Shown one piece after another: positions 39,899 through 45,907 of a DNA stretch of 45,907 nt; positions within the stretch are counted from its first letter, which is position 1, and each line of letters begins with the position of its first letter. The DNA lies in the NCBI GenBank assembly GCA_036687775.1, contig JAYYZG010000071.1:1-45907 (forward strand), given 5' to 3'. The position numbers were made by a program, and so were the translations under genes. The notes beneath the pieces were generated by a model. The model did not search any database. It was given only the letters and a program-made list of their open reading frames with translations, and had not been told where the DNA came from. The stretch comes from Actinomycetota bacterium. Its GTDB lineage: Bacteria > Actinomycetota > Acidimicrobiia > Acidimicrobiales > UBA8592.

Positions 39899-39965
39899 GT
39901 TTCTACCTTAGGCGTTTCTACATAGTGAATGGCAACATTATTGCCATCGCTTAAAAGCGAGTTCC

Positions 39966-39996
39966 TGTGACATCGACCACAGTGACAAAAGGCACG
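39966..39996. promoter_or_regulatory. Two abutting CRP/GlxR-like boxes
   Basis: TGTGA-catcga-CCACA (39966-39981; 9/10 match to TGTGA-N6-TCACA) and AGTGA-caaaag-GCACG (39981-39996). Confidence 0.5.
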
Positions 39997-40090
39997 GCTA
40001 ATTGAAGAGTAACGGGTTTCAAATTAAGGCAAACTAGTCTTTGAGGTTCATCTGATAATGGATCCATCCCCCAAAAATCAAGGAAATAAA

Positions 40091-40492
40091 ATGCGCAAGA
40101 AATCATCCCATCATCATCAGTATGCAGAATTCGCTTTCGCTGCTACAGCTACTTCCGAAGAGCTCCTGACACTCTGCAGATTAACAACAAGAATTGATGT
40201 AAAAAAAGGAAGCGTCCTAATGCACCAAGGGGCGTTTGGGAATGAAGTTCTACTTCTAGTTCATGGTCAGTTGGTTGTGGAGAAGAATGGCGAATTAATC
40301 GCTTCTATTGCGCCTGGCGCAGTTGTCGGAGAAAGAGCCGTAATTCTGAATCAACCACGTGACGCTACTGTTCGGGCAGCGTATGATTCTACTATCCTCG
40401 CTATGTCCCGAAGCGAATTCAATACCCTTCTAGCAGAGTGTCCAAGTATTGCTAGAAATATTCTTGAAGAAGCACTTACCCGAGCTGGGTAG
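40091..40492 (+). CDS. Stand-alone cyclic nucleotide-binding domain protein
   Basis: KGSVLMHQGAFG...PGAVVGERAVILNQPRDATVRA phosphate-binding cassette; no HTH; AAGGA RBS before ATG 40091. Confidence 0.88.
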   Translation: MRKKSSHHHQYAEFAFAATATSEELLTLCRLTTRIDVKKGSVLMHQGAFGNEVLLLVHGQLVVEKNGELIASIAPGAVVGERAVILNQPRDATVRAAYDSTILAMSRSEFNTLLAECPSIARNILEEALTRAG

Positions 40493-40549
40493 TGCATAAT
40501 TGGCGACAGAAAATCATTCGCTTCGTCTGATACTTGAAGCCATAATCAT

Positions 40550-41401
40550 TTGATGGAAAAACTTTCAACAATTCTCGTGAACAGGTACAGAGTCGTTAAA
40601 ATTCAGCTGTACATGGGTTCTGTAATCCCTATTTTGCGACGCTTTTTCGCTAGGAGCTACTACAACATTCTTAACTTCGGTTTGGGAAGGCGTATTAATT
40701 TCAATGCCATTCGGAAATTTGATGTACCGACTGTCAGTGCGCGTATCCTCTTAAATGCCATCGGTGGAGTTCTGATTTCTATCGGAGCAACGATGGTAAT
40801 CTTGGCCGAGTTAGGGGCCACAACTACTGATGTCCTTCTCACTGGGATTAGGGAACAAACTGGGATTTCAATTGCTGGCGCGTCATTTGGGTTTCTCGGT
40901 ATTCTATTTGTGATTATGGCTGTAACGCGAGCACAAATAGGTATGGGGACTGTGATTGTCCCACTTTCGGTTTCCACAACGTTTATATTTTCCTTTTCAG
41001 TCATTCCAGATCCACATAACCTAAGCGCCCAATTCCTTTACTTCCTTATTGGGCTCGTTGTTATAGCAACTGGGGTAGGCATAGGAGCTAGCGCTGGTAT
41101 AGGAATGGGGGCATACGAATCCATATGCCATCGAGTCTCAGATATCAATGGCTGGCATCCACAATTAGTTCGCCTTCTTTGGGAATTCACTGTTCTTGGA
41201 GTCGGAATATCTCTTGGAGGGGCCTTTGGCGTGGGTACAATAATCGCAGCTATTGCTACTGGTTGGATTTTGCAGTATATGAATTCTGTTATTGGAGACT
41301 ATCTACTTGGCCGTCGTATAAGAACAAATTGCGAACAGCCTTTAGCCCAAGGGCATACTTATGGGAAGAATGAACCGAAGGTCCATCAAGCAAATAATTG
41401 A
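40550..41401 (+). CDS. YczE/YyaS/YitT family membrane protein
   Basis: Multiple TM segments; AELGATTTDVLLTGI, GMGT, AGIGMGAYE, LGGAFGVGTII. Start uncertain (possibly ATG 40613). Confidence 0.78.
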   Translation: MMEKLSTILVNRYRVVKIQLYMGSVIPILRRFFARSYYNILNFGLGRRINFNAIRKFDVPTVSARILLNAIGGVLISIGATMVILAELGATTTDVLLTGIREQTGISIAGASFGFLGILFVIMAVTRAQIGMGTVIVPLSVSTTFIFSFSVIPDPHNLSAQFLYFLIGLVVIATGVGIGASAGIGMGAYESICHRVSDINGWHPQLVRLLWEFTVLGVGISLGGAFGVGTIIAAIATGWILQYMNSVIGDYLLGRRIRTNCEQPLAQGHTYGKNEPKVHQANN

Positions 41402-41476
41402 ATAGATTATGCTCAATCCCGTTAGGAAGCCTTTCGCTTCGTGAAAACAATCTAATTATTCAAAATAGGAGCTTGC

Positions 41477-41854
41477 GTGGATATATACGAAAAACCAGTT
41501 GTTAAAATTCCTTCAACTGATCCACCTAAAGAACTTGTAATTGAAGATCAGATTATCGGAGAAGGTAGCGAATGCACTTCGGGTCAACTAATTAGCGTGG
41601 ACTACGTAGGAGCATCGTGGTCCAATGGCGTTGAATTTGATTCCTCTTGGTCTAGGAATGAAGTTTTTACCTTTACGGTAGGAATCGGACAAGTTATTGA
41701 AGGATGGGATGAAGGGTGTTTAGGGATGCGCGTTGGTGGAAGAAGAACGTTGACTATCCCTGCTGATAAAGCATACGGAGAGCAAGGTGCTGGTGGAGTT
41801 ATCGGAAGTAATGAAACACTTGTCTTTGTAGTTGATCTTCGAAGTATTGGGTAA
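41477..41854 (+). CDS. FKBP-type peptidyl-prolyl isomerase
   Basis: VDYVG, FDSSWSR, VIEGWDEG, MRVGGRRTLTIP..AYG, TLVFVVDL. Confidence 0.95.
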   Translation: MDIYEKPVVKIPSTDPPKELVIEDQIIGEGSECTSGQLISVDYVGASWSNGVEFDSSWSRNEVFTFTVGIGQVIEGWDEGCLGMRVGGRRTLTIPADKAYGEQGAGGVIGSNETLVFVVDLRSIG

Positions 41855-41875
41855 TTAAATAGGTATGGAGTATTT

Positions 41876-42718
41876 ATGAGCAATAAACCACTTTTAGGAA
41901 AGATCGCCGTAGTTACAGGCTCTAGCCGCGGAATAGGTCGAGGAATAGCTGTTGGCTTAGGTGAGTTGGGGGCGACTGTTTATATAACTGGTCGGTCTTC
42001 AGGAACTGGACCGTTGACTATTGACTCAACAGCAGCTTTGGTTAACGAAGTAGGCGGGAAAGGGGTTCCAATTGAAGTTGACCTTGGGAGAGACGATGAG
42101 ATACAAGACTTGTTTGAAAAGATACGTGACTCAGAAGGACGTCTTGATATCCACGTGAATAATGCCTTCAAGATCCCAAATCCACCAGTTTGGGGAGGTA
42201 AATTCTGGGAACACCCGATTCAAATTTGGGATGATCAGGTTGGGATCGGACTGCGTTCCGCGTATATAGCAAGCGTTCATGCGGTCAGATTAATGATGGA
42301 GCAAGATAATTCTCTTCGCTTTATGGTAAATATTTCCTCAAGTGGGTCAGAACGTTACGCATTAAGCGCAAGTTACGGAATTGCAAAAATGGGAACTGAT
42401 AGATTAACAAGAGATTTTGCAGTTGAAGGGAAAGAAGACGGGTTATGCGTTATCGGACTCTGGCCGAGTCAAGTTCTAACAGAGTTTATTTTAGAAAGCA
42501 TCGAAAAAGGCGATATTGAGCTTGATGAAGAGAACTCAGAGACACCTCTATACACAGGACGTGTTCTCGGCGCATGAGCATTAGACCCACACAGGTATGA
42601 GAGAAATGGGCAGGTCCTCACAACTGCAGAAGTTGCAGTGCACTATGACATCCGCGATGAACGTGGGAAACAACCGAAAGGGAAACGGAACCCTTCAATG
42701 TACCGAGAAACCATATAA
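41876..42718 (+). CDS. DHRS1-like SDR interrupted by an in-frame TGA at 42575-42577 (nonsense allele or sequence error)
   Basis: TGSSRGIG, VYITGR, YGIAK, ETPLYTGRVLGA-*-ALDPHRYERNGQVLTTAEVAVHYDIRDERGKQP. Family-like sequence continues for 46 codons to TAA 42716-42718. Confidence 0.8.
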
Positions 42719-42735
42719 CGCTAGCCACAATTAAT

Positions 42736-43590
42736 CTACTGGCTAATAGGCGACCCTTCTGGAGCTTCGACTAGACGCTGAGGGGGCGAATGTGTCCCAG
42801 GTTCTCGACTTCTTACAATGCAGGACTGGCTCCCAATAGCGCATAAATTGCCCTCTTGCGACCAGATGTGAATTATTCCATGTCCGAATCCATTAGAAAT
42901 AGCATCAACACGTATATCCAGTAAGTACCAGTCGCTAGGAGTAATATCTATGACTCGTATGGTGTTGTCTAAACTTGTTGAACCAGCTCTTCCTCCTTGT
43001 GTGAAGCTAATCCCCATAGGGACGTAATCTCCTAGAACAGCAAAAGAAGCAGCCGAAGGTTCAAGAAGCTCAGGCATCCTACTCCAGACCGCAATTCTCC
43101 CAGGTTCTATCTCTGCCGGGTCAACAGCTCCAGCTGGGATAGCCCATCTCTGCTCTATTCTGGAGTCTAAAGAATCTGTGACTTCAGAGAAACGTTCTCT
43201 AACTGGACAGGACTCAGGTTCCCTAACTTCCGGTGGTAATCCATATGACTTATCATCTGGATAACTACGGGAACCTAATGCCGCATTAACGGTGATGATT
43301 TCCGTTCCACCAACATGCCCTACGGCTCTAGCTTGAGTTGTTTTCTTTCCATGAACTGCTAGTGTCACATCAAAATCCACCACCGTTCCTACTTTTGCAA
43401 AGAGAAGATACTGGGCTGTAGCCCAAACTACAGGTCTTCCGCTCGTCCCCTCCATCGCAGCAATAGCGGCACCTAACCCACTCCCTCCAAACATTGCTCT
43501 ATGACCTGTCGATATACCTTTAGACACCGGCAAATGCCATCGGTGTGGGTTATGAGAAGGTTCTAGACCAAGCCAGTTACGCGCATCCAC
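42736..43590 (-). CDS. Acyl-CoA thioesterase II-like (double hot-dog) protein
   Basis: MFGGSGLGAA, WATAQY, LGDY, SLDNTIR, GFGHG..HIWSQEG.L.A.GSQS. Confidence 0.85.
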   Translation of the reverse strand: MDARNWLGLEPSHNPHRWHLPVSKGISTGHRAMFGGSGLGAAIAAMEGTSGRPVVWATAQYLLFAKVGTVVDFDVTLAVHGKKTTQARAVGHVGGTEIITVNAALGSRSYPDDKSYGLPPEVREPESCPVRERFSEVTDSLDSRIEQRWAIPAGAVDPAEIEPGRIAVWSRMPELLEPSAASFAVLGDYVPMGISFTQGGRAGSTSLDNTIRVIDITPSDWYLLDIRVDAISNGFGHGIIHIWSQEGNLCAIGSQSCIVRSREPGTHSPPQRLVEAPEGSPISQ

Positions 43591-43614
43591 ATCTCCGACG
43601 ATACCTCATTTTGC

Positions 43615-44469
43615 TCATAGAACTTTGTTTAATGTCTTCATAATCCCCTCAGCGATTCGGCTTGGATCTTCCATGGGAGCAAAATGTGTAAGGTCAGAAT
43701 ATAGTTCCAGATTTCCTTTTGAGAGTTGACTCACCACTTGAGGGGCGATAATTGCTGGGCCTTCCTGATCACCGCTTGCTGCCACTGTCACAGGAATATC
43801 TATAAGATCTAACGCATCAAAAATTGTCGTTATCGAGTTTTCAAATACTCGTGCTTCCATTTCACCGCGGCATTTAAGAATGACTCCTTCATCGTGATCA
43901 CGAAAACCATAATTTACATATGCCCATAGAGATTCTTCGTCAACAGTTGAGAAAGGTGGCCTTGACGCATAACGCTCAAAAGCTTCTTCTCGAGAGTTAA
44001 AAATTTCTTTGCGTTTCCTTGCTGATACAGCAAGACTTCCACCTTTAGACATCTCAGGAGTGATAGCTTCACCCCCTATAACGATTGGTTCAAATAGCCA
44101 AGCAGCCCTAAACGTCTCAGGTCGCATTTGCTCAGCCAATAAGATACTGCTGCCACCCATACTGTGACCAACTGCGAATGGGGATGTAAGGCTGAGATAA
44201 TTAATCGTGGCTAGAACATCTTCTGCCATCCCCTTCCAGTCCATAATAGTTTTTTCTGGGACAAAACTATTTCCGTGTCCTCGAAGGTCTATAGCTACAC
44301 AGCGAAAATTTTCCTTCATCCTTGAACAGATAGGGTCCCAGTACCTACCGTGGAAACCTGTTGCATGGCAGAAAAGAACATCAGGCCCAGTCCCACCATG
44401 GTCATGAGCGCAAATCTTAACTCCGTTACCTGAGTTAATTAAGATCTCTGTTGGCAATTTCAGCATCAT
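43615..44469 (-). CDS. Alpha/beta hydrolase
   Basis: HATGFHG, DLRGHG, GHSMGG, THFAPMEDP. Confidence 0.9.
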   Translation of the reverse strand: MMLKLPTEILINSGNGVKICAHDHGGTGPDVLFCHATGFHGRYWDPICSRMKENFRCVAIDLRGHGNSFVPEKTIMDWKGMAEDVLATINYLSLTSPFAVGHSMGGSSILLAEQMRPETFRAAWLFEPIVIGGEAITPEMSKGGSLAVSARKRKEIFNSREEAFERYASRPPFSTVDEESLWAYVNYGFRDHDEGVILKCRGEMEARVFENSITTIFDALDLIDIPVTVAASGDQEGPAIIAPQVVSQLSKGNLELYSDLTHFAPMEDPSRIAEGIMKTLNKVL

Positions 44470-44537
44470 TACTCCAGCGGTAACACTGTAATAGCGTTTT
44501 GCCTCGCTGATCTATTATGAGAGTTTTTCTGGTTGAA

Positions 44538-44849
44538 TCAATTTATTGCTGTTCGGTGCCGCCGCAATCCAATGACAGGAGTAGTTGGAGCAAATCCAGC
44601 TTCAGCACGTTCTATTTCTGACTCTCCACCCCAAAACCCAAGTTCCCTCTGGTGCCTTGCGTAAGTTTGGCAATCAGCAAGGACATCACATTCAAAGCAA
44701 ACTTTGCGAGCTCTATTCTCTCTTCGTTCACGCGCGGCAGGTCGTTCCCCAGGCGGAGGAAAGAACAGTTGAGATTTTCCTTGACACCCAGCATTCTCCA
44801 TCCACCAAGGTCTGGTGCTCTGCGGTGCCTGGACTTCAATTGCTGTCAT
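44538..44849 (-). CDS. whiB: WhiB family Fe-S transcription factor
   Basis: WMENAGC...FFPP.GE...ARKVCFECDVLADC...GFWGGESE.ER (four Cys plus G.WGG turn); AAGGA RBS before ATG 44849. Confidence 0.93.
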   Translation of the reverse strand: MTAIEVQAPQSTRPWWMENAGCQGKSQLFFPPPGERPAARERRENRARKVCFECDVLADCQTYARHQRELGFWGGESEIERAEAGFAPTTPVIGLRRHRTAIN

Positions 44850-44862
44850 CAACTGTCCTTTG

Positions 44863-44878
44863 CGTGCCTCTACTCACA
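44863..44878 (-). promoter_or_regulatory. CRP-like box upstream of whiB
   Basis: Minus strand TGTGA-gtagag-GCACG (GTG-N8-CAC with one perfect half-site), just 5' of the RBS. Confidence 0.45.
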
Positions 44879-44976
44879 TGCTCAATCTATGCTGAATTTA
44901 TATTTTTGTCATGATCTTCTTTATGAATAGTTACGATGTCACTATCTGAAATAACGATGGGAAGAAAATCTTACTT

Positions 44977-45906
44977 CTAGACGTCCAAAGCAACCTTTAT
45001 AGCGCCGTCGCTTCTTGTTCTCGCAACGGCAAAAGCTTCAGCAGCAGCGTCAAGGGGGAAACGGTGAGTGATCAAAGCTCTTGATAACTCAGGTGTTTTA
45101 GCTAGAATTTTCGCTGCTATTTCAAAGTCGCGACTACCTTTTGTATAGCCATATGTTATGGACGGAACAAGGGAGACTTCTCGCATCCCCATTTCCATTC
45201 CAGGCAACTGAATGGGATTCCAATAGGTGGCTGGAATCGCTACCGAACCACCTTTCTCACATAAACTCACTGCTTGCACCAAAGCACTGCTAGTCCCAGC
45301 CGCTTCCACAACAATGCTTGCCGGTTTCCCCTCGCTCTTTACAGCACCTAACTGAGACCCTGCTTCAATTTGGTGCGGATGCCGAGCTTCAAGTTCCACT
45401 TCTGCTCCGAAGTACTTCGCAACAGCAACACAACATAATCCAATCGTCCCGCCGCCGACAACTACAACCCTTTCTCCTTTATTCGCATTGACGCGAAGGA
45501 GGCTCCTCACTGCAACAGCTAAAGGCTCAACTAGAAAAGCTGCGCCTATCTCTACATTCGAATTCAATGGGACGAGAAATCGTTCTGGCACAACTATTTT
45601 TTCTGCCATCCCACCATCTATTCCAATCCCCATCGTATTAGGAAGCGCTATTTCGCAATAAGGTTGATCTCCCCTCAGACAGTCAAGGCATGCCCCGCAT
45701 GAGAGCATCGGTTCTATTGCAACCTCTTTACCGTTCGGGGCGACTCCGGCAATTTCATGACCAGGAGTGACATTCATCATCCCCGAATCAATAAGATGCA
45801 GATCCGAACCACAAATACCCACAGATTTAACTGTAATCACAATCCCATCTCCGCTTGGATTAGGTACATCACAGACTTCTATTTGACTATTTCGAACTTT
45901 AATGGC
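44977..45906 (-). CDS. Zinc-dependent medium-chain alcohol dehydrogenase; 5' end just outside the window
   Basis: GICGSDLH, GHE, CGACLDC...C, VEPLAV, GGGTIG. The frame stays open to the window end (AIKVRNSQIEVCDVPNP). Confidence 0.92.
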   Translation of the reverse strand, partial: AIKVRNSQIEVCDVPNPSGDGIVITVKSVGICGSDLHLIDSGMMNVTPGHEIAGVAPNGKEVAIEPMLSCGACLDCLRGDQPYCEIALPNTMGIGIDGGMAEKIVVPERFLVPLNSNVEIGAAFLVEPLAVAVRSLLRVNANKGERVVVVGGGTIGLCCVAVAKYFGAEVELEARHPHQIEAGSQLGAVKSEGKPASIVVEAAGTSSALVQAVSLCEKGGSVAIPATYWNPIQLPGMEMGMREVSLVPSITYGYTKGSRDFEIAAKILAKTPELSRALITHRFPLDAAAEAFAVARTRSDGAIKVALDV

Positions 45907-45907
45907 C

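Noticed and set aside
42575-42577. Selenocysteine in the SDR
   Set aside because: The position corresponds to Leu in a structural helix, not a redox Cys, and no clear SECIS hairpin follows.
2757-44930. Numerous antisense/alternate-frame ORFs (e.g. 2757-3275, 4545-5201, 14652-15083, 26908-27459, 31640-32155)
   Set aside because: They are shadows of well-supported genes, are Ser/Pro-rich, and have no motifs.
1-45907. Genome-wide UGA reassignment (Trp/Gly code)
   Set aside because: Only two internal TGAs were found in about 42 genes. Many genes end at TGA with proper ATGA/GTGA overlaps, and conserved Trp residues use TGG.

Overview
Gene-dense chromosomal segment of about 42 CDSs, with GC in the low-40s % by eye. 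It most resembles a low-GC, probably marine Actinomycetota (Acidimicrobiia-like); this is inferred from a WhiB protein, F420-type LLM enzymes, a Streptomyces-like NrdB and leaderless-type promoters. The left half (1-23.4 kb) is a lipid/acyl-CoA/xenobiotic catabolic neighbourhood. The right half carries valS, mscS, a regulator-modABC-rraA operon, nrdAB, mutAB-meaB, a stand-alone cNMP-binding protein, an FKBP and whiB. No RNA genes, mobile elements or CRISPR arrays were seen. The top observation is that the ORF track splits one gene (6384-6914, minus strand) at an in-frame TGA in a C-H-I-(TGA) motif, followed by a SECIS-like hairpin. This points to a hidden AhpD/CMD-like CxxU selenoprotein heading an operon with a family III CoA-transferase. 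Other notable points: a tandem non-NrdR operator and structured leader at nrdA, CRP-like boxes at the mutA/cNMP and whiB promoters, a probable autoregulatory operator at the mod operon, an insertion-rich ValRS, an Mcd-like dehydrogenase, and a PEP-utiliser lacking its ATP-grasp domain. Two apparent lesions (NrdA catalytic Cys->Phe and an SDR nonsense codon) may be sequencing errors.
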